Notes: generated by a model not told the origin, from the sequence alone. 63,759 nucleotides of DNA from Octopus bimaculoides (GCF_001194135.2 NC_069003.1:1302656-1366414); one strand, 5' to 3'; positions 1 to 13,287 are shown, numbered from the stretch's first letter. Numbers and translations: made by a program.

Positions 1-32
1 ATATATATATATATACACATATGTAAAGTGAT

Positions 33-99
33 CGATAGAATAAGTATGCTTACAAAGAATAAGCACTGGTGTCGATGCTCCAGCATGGCCGCAGTCAAA
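33..99 (+). mobile_element. SINE family A, 3' remnant with internal deletion
   Basis: gatagaataagta..cttacaaagaataag..ctggtgtcgat..gctccagcatggccgcagtcaaa matches the tails of the copies at 40486 and 51884. Confidence 0.8.
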
Positions 100-1929
100 G
101 ACACACACAAAAAACCCAAAGCCACATAAACACACACACGCACTCACTTAACTGTCATATCTCAGCGGTTTTAATTCTTAGTGTATGTGGTATGGCTAAC
201 TACGTTAGATCTTTTCATAGTGATAGGGAGAGATAAGAATGATTTTTTCCGTAGTTAGCGTCGTACGCAACCGTCTGTCTTCCACGTACTGAGGGACTAC
301 TGTATTTCCTGTACTGACAATGAAAGCGATTTCTATCTCTACTGATAGAGATTTCTAATTTTAGTTATGAATCATTGCGTTAATCTACACTTAACTCTCT
401 TACATAATTTAATAATTGTATTATGCTGAATGCAATTGGAACCAGAATCGTAATTGTTACGTTTGAATCGTACGCTTTTCCTATGGGTATTGTCTCGAGA
501 AATCTTTTAGATCTGCAAATTACCTTAGTTAACATAAGATCGTATTTAAAACAGGATTATATTAACGACATGACAATTCATTCACAATATTGCAAAAAAC
601 AAAAAAAAAAAAAAGAAAGAGAAAGATAAAGAAAGAGACAATCCAGGCCGTGCAATTAAATTACAATTTTGAAATGAAAGCTCTAATTATATATAATTGA
701 AATAATTTTGAGTCCTTTTCAACCAGATAATTTTATCAGTCTGGAAACTCTACATGTTATCGAGTAACCTCACGCGCTGGCAAGGAACCTCCATAGAGAA
801 TCTCGAATATAGATGATTTTTCTAATCAGTGGTTTACCATCAGCTTCGGCCTTCACACTCAGAGGTTTTTGTTGCACGCTTCAGTTTACCCTTGTAGCAC
901 ATGATCTTAGGCAAAGGTCCTGATTTACATGACAGAATGGCAAATCGAAAAATGTTTGGGCCCTCTTCACATTTAAGTAGTTCAGTTTACATATGTGTAA
1001 CACATGATTCTGTAATGCTATTTCATCCATAACTGAAGATCTTACAATGGCTACAATTCAGATAAGAGTAAACGTGGAGCTGTGCTGACTACCGATCAAG
1101 TAAATACTCCAGATCTTGAACACCCTAGCTCACGTTCGGAATAAATCAGTAAACACCAGCGTAACACCATTGAAAAGATATAAAACTGTTTTGAGCGATG
1201 ATCTTATTTACACACAGATTTCTCCTTTCATTTCAAAGCAGTGTGCTATGTGCATTAACACAAAATCCAAAAGGTAACTTGTTTTACCAGCCTAAATGAA
1301 TTTAGAATAATTCAATAAACTAGATTAGTCTTCTTCCTACAAATACAGCATTTAGAAAATCCCAAACAGAAAAGAATAAATATTTTTCGATTTTCTTTTA
1401 ATAAAATGTATTCATACATTAACCGACTTCCGATATTTCAGTCGACACAGATACACAGAAACACCTAGAGACATACTTACACAAATTCAAACTATATTAA
1501 ATGAACAAACACAAAAAAGGATTAACTAAAATATAACAGTTAATAAAAGAAACACTTTATGCAATTTAAATATTCGATCACTGAATAATATACTGCCGTC
1601 CCGAATGTCAAACAAGCACATAAATAAACACATTTCCGAAAGCACACAGACATAGAAAGAAAAATTTTAGAAACATTTTAAAAACGAAAACACAGCCAGA
1701 GAAAGCATACAAATGGAGCAGTTCATAAACACACGCCTACATATTCCCATTCAAAATACTGTTAGGATTTTATGCTTTTAAAGCATCGATATATTCAGAG
1801 GGAATAATAATTTGGTTGAGTGAAACTGCTAGTTATGTAAAATGTAGGATATCGACAAATTACTGATTTGGCTGTATTTCTTTGTTCCATTCAACAGTGA
1901 ACAAATAGTAATCATTACCAAAGCGGGAA

Positions 1930-2112
1930 GGCGGTGAGCTGGTAGAGTCGTTGGCAGGCTTAGTGAAATTTCGTCCCTCTCTGCGTTCTGAGTTCCAGGG
2001 CTGATTTGCCTTTTTTCTCTCTGGGTTGATAGAATAATTACCAGTTACGTATTGGGGCTGAAATAGTCTACTCACTCCCTACCTCCAAATTGCGGGTCTC
2101 GTATCAAAATGG
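1930..2112 (+). mobile_element. SINE family B (short, tRNA-derived head, CORE-like middle), near full length
   Basis: ggcggtgagctggtagagtcg (box A-like), gttctgagttcc (box B-like), gttgatagaataattaccagttacgtattggggc, tail caaaatggaaaacc. Confidence 0.8.
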
Positions 2113-2489
2113 AAAACCATTGATTGTAATCTGTATTTGATTTGTTGCATTAACCACCTAACTCTTTATTTCAGTAAGTTTGTAGTCAGATGGCTGAAAT
2201 CCCGACAATAATTTGAATGCTTTTATTTTATTTTTACCAATTGACATCGTGTAATTGCTTTATCTCCTTCAATTAAATCATTTCTGGGTATTTTTCTTTC
2301 GATTGAAATTAATTAGGTGTTTTTTTTTTATATATAATCTTTTCGTATTAAATGAATTATTAAAAGTTGCAGCTCATCTTAAGTCGCATTGTTTTATTAT
2401 GCAGGCTCAATGACTGGTTGGTCGGGTGTAAACCATGACGAGATGTAGAGAGGTCTTTGTAGGCAAGGTGTACGATGAGGATGTGTGTG

Positions 2490-2698
2490 TTGACATATAT
2501 ATATATATGTGTGTGTGCGTGTGTGTGTGTGTGTATACATCAACACAAAGACACGAAGGTCGAGAGAAGAAAAAAAGCAGAGATAGTATGAAGAGTATAA
2601 AACGGAGATGAAGGGAGAAAGTGACAAAGAAGAAAGACACACGCAGATGAAGAGGAGGAAGGTGAGGTAGAGACAGAGAAAAAGTCATATATATATGT

Positions 2699-2743
<45 letters not shown>

Positions 2744-2940
2744 CATTGACGTATGAATACGTATAACATGTATGTGCGTTTGTTTGTATATACATATGTA
2801 TATATGTATGTAAGTGTGTAAACGTGTATGTATATATGAATACATATATGTATTTATCTATGCATTATGATTCATATATATATATATATATATGTATGTA
2901 TGTGCGTAAACATGTATGTATGAATACATATATGTATGTA
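2490..2940. repeat. Compound (TA)n/(TG)n/(TATG)n microsatellite region
   Basis: Directly visible dinucleotide and tetranucleotide runs. Confidence 0.9.
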
Positions 2941-3299
2941 TAATATACCCTGAACATACGCATTATTAGAGAGAGAGTGCGAAAACAAGAAAGACCGGGT
3001 GAATGTGGAGGCCCAACAAGACCAGGGTATGTTAAGTTCAATGCTCGAGGGAAATCAATTTGAGAGTTGAGTTATTATGTTATTTTTTGATGTTGTTGCT
3101 GCTGTTATTGTCGATATTGGATTTATTGTTCTTTTTTTTTTCATTTATTTACTATGTTTTTTTTTCTTTCTCGTTTTGTTTTAATTTCAAATGGCTTATT
3201 CGCGATTTTCGCTGTTACTGCGGCTGGTGTGTATCGCTTTGATGTTGTTACATTGAGGCTGTTTTAGATGTGTGTTATTTTTTACCCCCGCTTTGTTAT

Positions 3300-4110
3300 T
3301 GGTGTTGTAGTTGTGTACATCGCTACTGATGATGATGATGCTGGGTAATAATGAAGATCTTGTACATTATTATGAGAACGACAACGATAACGGTAGTAAT
3401 GATGACGATGAGGACGATGATAGTGATGGTGATGATGATGATGATGACAATGACGACGACGACGGAGACGATTACGATGGTGATGGTGGTGACGATGACG
3501 ACGATGATGATGATGATAGTAGTGGCGGTGGTGGTGATGACAATGACGACGAGGATGATGATGATGATGATGATGATATTTCTCATAATATTGCCCTAGC
3601 TTAGAGTCAGTCTTAATTTCCATAGCAGTTTTGTTGTTCTAGTCATATCAGCTGCTGACATTCTCAATATTTTGTTGGTATTTTCGTTTGTTTTGTTGTT
3701 GTAGGTGTTGCTGTACTTTATGCTGTTTTTGTTGTTGGTTTTGCTGCCACTTTATTTTGTCGTTGGTAATTTTACCGCTGTTGTTGTTGTTGTTTTCTGT
3801 TAACACTATTGTTGTTGTTGATGTTGCAGAGGTAATTGATTGCTTGTTGCTATTGTTTCAGCTGCTCCTCTTCCCAAATATTGTCGATGTTGATAATGTG
3901 GTTGCTGCCACTGAATTCCTTGCCGTCATCATCAGCATCGTCGTCGTCTTTGTTGATGATGCAATTGATCAGTTTCTCTTGTTGTTGCCGTTACTTCAGC
4001 TGCCATTATTCTCAGTGGTGTTGCTGATGAAGTCTTTGTGTTTAATTGATGTAGTTTTCATTACAATTTCTTTGGTTGTTGTCGCATTTGGATATTGCTG
4101 TTGCTGTTAA
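3300..4110. repeat. Mosaic trinucleotide low-complexity tracts (GAT/GAC/GGT, then GTT/GCT)
   Basis: Directly visible; source of the poly-D, poly-H and poly-V/L ORFs. Confidence 0.9.
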
Positions 4111-4552
4111 TGATTTTGTTTTTATTATTACTGTTTTGTAATAGATCAGCTCTATAATTCTATAGGATTTTCCAGCCGTGATCATCCCGTCTATTACAAC
4201 AGCAATTTCTATCTCACTACATTATTTACAACAACTTTGTAATTCTTTTCCGATTTAGAGACAAGCGCCTATAAAGTAGTGTTCCTTAAAAGTTTTTTTT
4301 TTTCTTTTTGCCTGTAGACTACTTCGATTCCTAAATTTCTCAACTGGATCTTTAAAAATCCTATTTTATTTTCATAATTAAACATTATTCGGAATTGTAT
4401 GAAAAAATGTTTGAAATATTTTTATGCATTGTAGAAGCGTAACCATTTTATTGCAGATAGATTTTAACTCCAAAATGAACCCCTAAGAGTTATCTGAAAC
4501 TCCAGGTGCCATATGGCCCTCAAATGAAAATCATTAGATTAGAGGGATTAGC

Positions 4553-4667
4553 TAAAGTATGAAAGTCAAAGTCGACCTCGGCGGAATTTGAACTCAGAAC
4601 GTAAAAACCAACGATATACTGCTAATCATTTCGCCCGGCGTACTACCGTTTCTACCAGCTGACCGTC
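4553..4667 (-). mobile_element. SINE family B, 5' half
   Basis: Reverse complement reads gacggtcagctggtagaaacggtagtacgccgggcgaaatg..gttctgagttcaaattccgccgaggtcgactttg. Confidence 0.85.
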
Positions 4668-4751
4668 TTTAAATATTCCGTATTTTGTAATATGAATGTT
4701 CATCGTCTGAATGCGTTTAGTCTTTGCTTCTTCTTTATTTACATGTGTCTA

Positions 4752-5011
4752 TACTCTTCTTTCTTGTTTCAATCATTTGACTGCGACCATGCTGGAGTAT
4801 CGCTTTAAAAGGCTTTTTAGTCGAATAAATCGACCACATGACATATTCTTTGTAAGCCTATTACTGTTTCATGCGGGTTCTCTTCCGAAACGCTAAGATA
4901 CGTGACGTAAATACACCAACATCTGTTGTCAAATGATAGTGGAGCAACAAACACAGACACATGGACACACACACTAAATACATACATACTTACATACACA
5001 TACATACATAT

Positions 5012-5100
<89 letters not shown>

Positions 5101-5245
5101 TATGTATATACGACAGGCGACTTACACTTACCTTCTACCAAATTCATTCGCAATTCTTTGGTCAGTACGGGGTCACAGTAGAAGACACTATTCCAAGGTG
5201 CTCAACAGTAGAACTGAACCAGGAAACATTTCGTATTTCAACGAG
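4752..5245 (-). mobile_element. SINE family A, near full length with about 150 bp internal TA/TG microsatellite
   Basis: catttgactgcgaccatgctggag, ttctttgtaagcct, gttgtcaa, microsatellite, tacgacaggc, ctaccaaattcattc, agtagaagacactattccaagg. Confidence 0.85.
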
Positions 5246-5877
5246 TATATAAACGTTTTCCCAAGTGCACTTTATGTTTGAAACACCAATAAAGCTATAG
5301 CGTGCAACTTATAACAGAACCAGGACCGAGCTAATGAGGTTCATGACAAATATTTTCATTTATTCCGTTGTGATCTAAATGCCTTGTGTGTACGTGTGTG
5401 TGTGTAGCCATGCATACGTGTAAATTTCTAAGTAGCTGAATAAATACATACTTTAGCTAACAGAATTTCACTAAGAATATTCTTCGTGTTTACTTTTATT
5501 CTTTAGATCTTCTCAGGAATAATGGATTTCAATACTATTATCCTATCATGTGCCAGGCCAAGGAGTTCTAAAATGCAATGATTTTAGTAATACCTCGTTA
5601 TTCCTTGTGAGATCGAAAGGTCGATACTTAAATTTACATAGTGCCTGTTAGCATATATTTAGTTTGTCATAGAATTCCATCAGGTTGTTTAGTACTCTAT
5701 TACTTTGGTGCTTTTGTTTGTACTATTACAGATGTTAGAGAAATATATGTATATGTGTGTTTGCGTGTGCGCATGTGGGTGCATGTGTGTGTCAATAAGT
5801 GTGTGTGTATACGTGCATGTTTGTATAATGTGTGCTTTGCATATGAGTGGATGAACTTTTGACGCAATATGCTTTTC

Positions 5878-6067
5878 TACTCTAGGGACAAGGCCCGAAA
5901 TTTTGAGGGAGGAGGCTAGTTAGTTATATCGACGCCAGTACGCAACTGGTACTTACCAATTTATCGACCCCGAAAAGTTGAAATGACCTTGGCGGAATTT
6001 GAACTCAGAAGGCAAAGACAGACGAAATAGCGCTAAGCATTTCGCCCGGCGTTCCAGCTCGCCGCCT
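5878..6067 (-). mobile_element. SINE family B, near full length, tail variant ggccttgtccctagagtaga
   Basis: tatcgacgccagtacgcaactggtactta, tttatcgaccccgaaa, ggcggaatttgaactcaga, ctaagcatttcgcccggcg, ccagctcgccgcc. Confidence 0.9.
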
Positions 6068-6663
6068 TACATTTGACGCTGTATTACTGCATCAACCAGG
6101 CAATCGTTGGTCTGGTCATCGATTGGGTTTCGTATTATGTTTAGACTAAACATGTCTGCGAAATACTGAAAATATATCCACTAAATTGAACCCATGGAAA
6201 TGTAGTTTCCTCCAACAAATTATGAACATTATCAACACAGATAAATAATCTCTTATGAAAATGTTAAGTATCCCCTGTTCGAAACCTGTATCTCTTTACC
6301 TTCCTCTGTTCATATTTATTAGACCTTGTTTTCTGCTCTAGATCTTGTTTTAGTTACGACGTCTTTGTCATTCACTTGATCTCGATATACAGTTAACTTG
6401 CTAAGGGAAATTTTAACCTGGATAACGCGCAATGGATATATTGTATGCGATAACAACTCTATGCGATTAGATTATCTTGTTGATGTAGAAGACACGCGTA
6501 GAGCCTCTGAAGAACTCAAAGATTCCTAAATGTCACCAAGTAAGAAAAAATATCTAGATTAAATTTACATTTTAGAATTAGGAAATATGTTCAGTATTTC
6601 TCATATCGCCTGGCTTAATACTTAGATAACTTCTGTTTCTTTACACACGCACACACACAAAAC

Positions 6664-6712
<49 letters not shown>

Positions 6713-7368
6713 AATATATATACTCATACAAATATATACATACACACACATATATGTAATGAGTCCTCCAAAACGAAGAAAAATAGAAGTAAACAAGAAC
6801 GTGAGGACATGACCCATGGAAACTATTAATAAGACGCTCATGTATATATCTGTGTGTGTGTATACCCATGTGCATAAATAATGCTACACTCTTCGGTTCA
6901 TGTTTTCATAGTTATACCAGTCAAAATCCTTATCAATATCTATTATGGCACTTGCCTGACTAGAATTACCTTTAGTCGCCATATGTTCCCGGTGGTTTGA
7001 GTATCCTTTAGTGTAAGATTTGCAAAAATTATGTATATGCATCAATTTTCTGAATATTTTGCTTACTTTAAATATTTATATTATTCCGTTTTTCTTTCTC
7101 ATATGCTGATTCTAACTTTTATAAATATATAATATTTATTTCCGTTAGGTCTTTTAAATGGCAGAATTTCGAAGTTTATTTATATATATATATATACTTC
7201 AAGGTCATGTTAAGCTGTTAATGTGGGGTATTTTCAGAGAAGCACTTAACTCGATTTCTTGGCAGATTAATAACATAATTCTTCTGGTGTAGAAAATCTT
7301 GGTTTCGTGACGTTTAACCTGCAGTTTGGGTGTAGTAAAAAGTAAAATCGAAAGTATTTCTTTGTCAT

Positions 7369-7413
<45 letters not shown>

Positions 7414-7454
7414 ACACACACACATATACATATATGGAGAGATTTGTGTGCATG

Positions 7455-7738
7455 TGTCAGCCATTGGACTGCGGCAATATTGGGACATCGCGTTCAAGTG
7501 TTTAGTCGGACAATAGACCCGAGTCCTTTATATTTTTATAAATCTGGTACTTATTCTATCACATCTTTTGTTTGACCGCTACATTCTGGGAACGTAAATC
7601 AACCAACAATAGTTGTAAGGTGATAACGTGGACAAGCACATCATATACAAAGACAAGTACACAGATACACACAAACGCACTTATATGCTCACATACTCAA
7701 TAAAACACACACAAACGCTCGCAATCACCCCTACACAT

Positions 7739-7784
<46 letters not shown>

Positions 7785-7905
7785 TCGACGGGATTCTTTT
7801 AGTTCCCGTATACCAAATCCAGAGTAATAATTTGCCCCATTTTCCAAGTAGTGAGACTCAAGCTGGAACCATGTTATTGGGAAGCAAAATTCTTACCAGT
7901 CTCAC
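7455..7905 (-). mobile_element. SINE family A, degraded, internal (CA)n
   Basis: cattggactgcggc, tttagtcggacaatagacc, ggtacttattctatc, cgacgggattcttttagttcccgtataccaaatcc, ggaaccatgttattgggaagcaa. Confidence 0.8.
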
Positions 7906-9334
7906 ACAAATTGCTATAATAGCTCTCTGCAAGTATATTTGTAAAATTACAGACCACAAAATATTACAAAACCGGACGTACGTTGTGTTTTTAATGGAAT
8001 AACGTTTCTTTTATTCAAGTAGGTTGTTCATAATAAAGTTATATCACTTTGCCTCTATTGACAACTCCGTGCACCATTTTGCAGATAAATGTTCTGCTTC
8101 ACACAGGCTCTGAAAGTGATTCAAATTCTCAGCGATAGATAATTGATGAGTGCAAGTGAACTATCAATCTGCAAATGAAGAGATTCTCCCTTTTCACTAC
8201 TAATATTTATAAACATTTCTGAAACTATTATTTTAAAATCAAAACATTTAATTTACACTCAACTAGCACTTCACCAAATCACTATCAATTTTACAGTAAA
8301 TTAAGAGCAGTTTAAATTATCAATTATCTTCTCAACGTACGTGAGATATATTACTCTTATAATAGGTTTTGTATATTATCTATCGATGTTCCAGAAGCAA
8401 TTTCTATTACGATGTCTCTGTGTAACAAAATTGACGGGTAATATATACATCTCTCAGCATCTTATTAAACTATTCACTTGCAATATATCTCACATTCTTT
8501 AGATTACTAAACAATGAGAGACAGTGAAATATATCATTTCAATTCTCCGTTTAAATTTATAATGCTTATTCCAAACAGTATGTATGAATTTATTGTGCGA
8601 ATCTCACAAAAACTATGAAGGGAATTTCAAAATTTATTTAATAAACTAGGAAATATTTCGGCTTGGCTTGGGAAATAAAGTAGAAACTTAGAAGCCATTT
8701 TGTGGAATGTGAATTGTTGCGTTTTCTTTACATTTACCATCTCGAAAACAATGTTAATGTTTATTGGAATTGATATACACTCGTCTTTTGTATTGCTGAA
8801 ATCTTTATCTATGTTTGAATAAACCACACTAAAACAAAATATTCGGAACTCCATAATTATTTACTAAAATTAAAGTCGTTTTCAAATTTGATATTTCCTT
8901 GCTACGGTGAAGTTATAATTTTCAATTAAAGCAGGTGTCCTGCTGATCAATACCTTTGCAGGTGTACGAATAATGGATTATTCCACGGAAAGAATCTTTT
9001 GTGCAAATCATCAAGCTGGTATTTTATTAAATGATGTGTATTAAAATAACTGTCCATGAAATCGCTTCCACCATTTCCCATCTTAATGCATGCAATTTTT
9101 CGAAATTGGTAAATATATATTTTAAGAACGTAAATATTTTCAGTTTCAACAGGCGTTCGAAATGAAAGAACCCATGCATGTTTTACCACCTTTCCAACTG
9201 AAATGAGAATTTTTCCTCTATGACACACTCGTGTTCAAATAATAGCGCTGACTGAATCGAGTGTTTAATTTCTTTATTGCTATATCATTCTCACTAAGTT
9301 ACGATCCGACTGCTGAATCCGACTGTCCTCATAA

Positions 9335-9627
9335 CAAGTCCCCAGGACTTATTCTTTGTAAGCCTAGTACTTATTCTATCATTCTCTTTTGCAGAACCGC
9401 TAAGTTACGGGGACGTAAACACACCAGCATCGGTTGTCAAGTGATGTTAGGGGGACAAACACAGACACACAAACACACACACACATACATATATACGACG
9501 GACTTCTTGCAATATCCGTTTACCAAATCCACTCACAAGGCTTTAGTCGGCTCGAGGCTATAGTAGAAGACACTTACCCAAGGAGCCACGCAGTGGGACG
9601 GAACCCAGAACCATGTGGTTGGTAACG
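9335..9627 (-). mobile_element. SINE family A, low-divergence copy lacking its extreme ends
   Basis: ccccaggacttattctttgtaagcctagtacttattctatc..ccgctaagttacggggacgtaaacacaccagcatcggttgtcaag..gaggctatagtagaagacacttacccaagg..aaccatgtggttggtaa. Confidence 0.92.
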
Positions 9628-10059
9628 AATTTCTTGCAATATCCGTTTACCAAATCCACTCACAAGGCTTTTTTCGCCCCCAGGTTATAATACGTATTCT
9701 CTGTATTTCTCATTTTTATTATATTTCTTTCCTTCCCGATGCGTGGAAGGTCACACGTTAAGCTATTTAACATTTTGCTGAGAATATAAAACGGTATTTA
9801 AATTACGATTAGAACATTTTTTTATTTTTCGTTTTGAATATTGGTTTGAGCTTATAAGTACGCCTGTTACGAGAGCATCTGACTCTATCACTCATCGAGT
9901 GTATACACTTTTCTCACTGTGTGTCAAATCTTGTGATTTTTCTCATAGCATTAGGAATGCAATAACAGATTGGAAAGAGTTATACATATTCTATAAGCAT
10001 GTGCAGTTAAACACATACTGCACACATGCACACGTACAAGGTATACACACACAAACACA

Positions 10060-10103
10060 CACATATATGTATATATATCTATATAATTATATATATATAT
10101 ATA

Positions 10104-10195
<92 letters not shown>

Positions 10196-10220
10196 TCTAC
10201 GTAGAAACACATACACACAC
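10060..10220. repeat. (TA)n/(CA)n microsatellite
   Basis: Directly visible. Confidence 0.95.
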
Positions 10221-10454
10221 ACATGTAGCCATCGTACGTCAGTAGCACAAATCCGGCGATTATTTCTAAAATACGGATGTTGTTATCTGGTTCGGAAATA
10301 ACACAGACAAAAATAATAACAACACCAATAACAACAACGACAACGAAAACAATAACAACAACAACAACAGAATCGACAGCAATGTCAAAATATCAGAAAT
10401 GAAATCTAGGGCAGCTGCAACAGTTTTAATAACAAGTGCAAAATTAGGAAACTG

Positions 10455-10591
10455 ACAGTAGTAGTGGTGGTGGTCACACTAATATTATTATTATTATTAT
10501 TATTATTATTATCATCATCTTCATCAGTAGTGCTAGTAGTAGTATTGTTGGTGGCTGTGGTAGTGGTGGTAGTAGTGGTTGTGGTGGTGTA

Positions 10592-10634
<43 letters not shown>

Positions 10635-10660
10635 ACAGCAATAACAGCAATCATAATAAT
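10455..10660. repeat. (TAT)n/(TAG)n/(TGG)n trinucleotide tract
   Basis: Directly visible. Confidence 0.9.
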
Positions 10661-10960
10661 GATGGCAACAAATATAACAAAAAGGCGAAGATGAGGAAGG
10701 AGGAGGGGTGGGGAGCGTGTTGTTTCTTTATCAAAGAACCTTTAGGTGATTATGTTTCCTCTTGTATGGAGATAATCTCATTAAGTCTAGACTTGAACAG
10801 GATTTTCTCTTCAAAAACAAAAAGCAATATGAAAAAAAAAAACAACTAAAATTTACAAAATATCATCCGAATGAAGACAATAGTAAGGAAATACAAAACA
10901 GGAAAATATGCTACAACAATTACTACTACTACTACTAGTGATGATGATGACGATGACATA

Positions 10961-11143
10961 TAATTTTAATTTCTGCACAAGGCCGGTAGTTTTAAGGAGT
11001 AAGGTAAAATTCTATCACATGGACAACCGTATTCAACTGGTATTTAATTCAACGTCCATGAAATGAGAAAAAGATAAATCGACCTGGGTGGTATTTGAAA
11101 TCAGATCGTTAAGGTAGACGCAATACTGTTAATCATTTTGTTG
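10961..11143 (-). mobile_element. SINE family B, degraded
   Basis: gcacaaggccgg, caactggtatttaatt, aaatcgacctgggtggtatttgaaatcagatcgttaag, aatactgttaatcattttg. Confidence 0.65.
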
Positions 11144-12399
11144 AATTTTAAAACCAAAAATAACAATGATCGAACAAAACATATGGTCCTTTAGTTTTGT
11201 TAGAATGCATTTCAACACACAACACACGTATGTTCAAACACAAATGAACAGGCAAAACAATAGCAGACGACACAAATATCTAGAATTTACAGCTCCCTGA
11301 AGGGACTCCGATATGGTTCCATTCTGTCTTAAAGAGCAGCAAACCTGCACTGTAAATATGTGACATTCGCGAAAATCATCAGTGGTCCTCAATCAAATTC
11401 CACTCGCAAACGATTGGTAAACACGTGTCGATATTTTCCGACACTTGACCGATTTTCTAGGCAAATGAATGGAAGTCGGAATAACACCTTGTGAACAAAA
11501 CACCGGCACCAAATAGTCATATCTACCAATAGAGCTATGTCATTGTTTCTGTCTGCGTTCTCTACAGGATACTCTTAATTTCCACATTCAGTTCTGAAAA
11601 GCTTTTATATGGGTGTACATTGTATACCCTTTGTAACTTTTGTTGCTTATATTTCTTTGTAAAGTTGGAGTTCATGATTTTGTTTAACCTTCGACAACAT
11701 GACTGATCTGTCTTATTTTTAAAAAAAAACCGTTCCAGTGACCATACTATCGTTATATTTAAATCATGACAACATTTTCTAACGTGGTTCATACTGAATT
11801 AAGACGTCTAAATGTGGCTTGAACGATATTCAGTTGCTCTTTCTAGCAGGTTGAACGTCCAGGTAAAAGTTCTCTTTTGTGTCTCTATTTCCGTTATGTA
11901 TTCAATTGCCTCAAGAAAACGATTTCTGTTTAGACGAGATATATTTTTGGTTTAGGTGTGTATAAGAATATACGTTAGATTGGATATTGAAATTCAAGTT
12001 AAATCTACATGAGGATTAAACATCTTTATAGATAATCAACTTAAATATATGTTTTGATGAACGTAATTTTTTTTAGTGATAGCATGTAGTTGAGTGATTG
12101 TGTACGAAATATTGAAGCTCATTTTTCTCGCTTTGATATATAAATTTTCAATTTTATTTCCCTAAATGGAGAAACGAATATATCCATTCTCAAGTGGGTT
12201 ATTTCTATTTTCTAATTTTCTCATTCAACATATTTTTATTCCCAGGTTTTTAATAATTAAATGCTTTATTTTTGTTTGCTTCTGGAGATGTAGCATGGTC
12301 GTTTGAAAGTAATAATTAATTAGATGTTTTGTTTCATTATAGTATAATAGAGATTTGTGTTAGCAATTGCATATCCCCAACCATCCTCTGAGAGATTAT

Positions 12400-12483
12400 C
12401 ATCATTACTATTATTATTAATATTTTTGTTATTATTAATGTTATTACTTTTATCATCGTCATCATCATTATTATTATCATTAC

Positions 12484-12532
<49 letters not shown>

Positions 12533-12535
12533 GTT
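12400..12535. repeat. (ATT)n/(ATC)n trinucleotide tract
   Basis: Directly visible. Confidence 0.9.
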
Positions 12536-12744
12536 AACGAGTTGACATTTTCAGAAAAAAAAACAAAAACATTATTTATTTTCTCCAAAACTAATTATGT
12601 ATGTCTTACAAAACATAGATTAAGCAATTCTCGATTAAGAAACGCTTTGTGTAGAATGCTGTTCCCATTATTAATATTGTGAATATGGCTGTGGGTTTCT
12701 GGAATCTTTAAAACGTTCGAAATAACATAGTGCAGTAATGATTA

Positions 12745-12830
12745 AGGTAGTTTAAATTCTGAACTTATATCCAGTGGAAGTCAACTTTGCCTTTTTTTCC
12801 TTTCAGTGATGTTAAAGAAAATATCGAAGT
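12745..12830 (+). mobile_element. SINE family B fragment
   Basis: attctgaacttatatccagtggaagtcaactttgcctttttttcctttc resembles gttctgagttcaaattccgccgaggtcgactttgcctttcatccttt. Confidence 0.55.
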
Positions 12831-12984
12831 ACTTTCCACGTTCTTCTTACAATACAAATTATTGTATCTCCCTTACGAAATTTCTGGTTTCTTGTTTACG
12901 TTTACAAAATGAAGGATAAGGTTGTTTTAGGCAAAATCATTATTGCGGAAAATGCAATGCATGAGTTATTTGATTAGACTCCTT

Positions 12985-13135
12985 ATGTTACATGTTCAAA
13001 TCTCCCCCATTTCAGCTTTCTTGTTCATCCTATTGGGAGTGATAAAATAGCGTCGATCTCAGATACTGGTGTCTATAAAATCGATTTTATTTCCTATACC
13101 AAAGTCCTGATCTTGCACCAATTCTAGAAGATGTT
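12985..13135 (+). mobile_element. SINE family B fragment, degraded
   Basis: gttcaaatc, ttcatcctattgggagtgataaaata, atactggtgtctataaaatcgat. Confidence 0.55.
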
Positions 13136-13287
13136 TACTTAAATATTCACAGCGCCATTAATTGCACATCCGTCTTCTACCTTTTGCAGTAGGAGTGCAT
13201 TTCCTGTTTGTAAAACGTATTTGTCTTATATCGAATAACGCTGAGTGAATCGAGTGTTGAATTTGTTTATTGCTGTATCATTCTCAC

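Noticed and set aside
1033-1080. CUGAAGA..UCUUA/UAAGA..GUAAACGUG hammerhead look-alike
   Set aside because: No stem I, GUAAA instead of GAAA, and G at the cleavage position.
2397-4110. Poly-H, poly-D, poly-M, YIYI, CVCV and THTH ORFs here and throughout
   Set aside because: Translations of microsatellites with no domain content.
11849-11865. 13-nt microexon-like cag|GTTGAACGTCCAG|gtaaaa
   Set aside because: Too short to support without RNA data, and it does not preserve frame.
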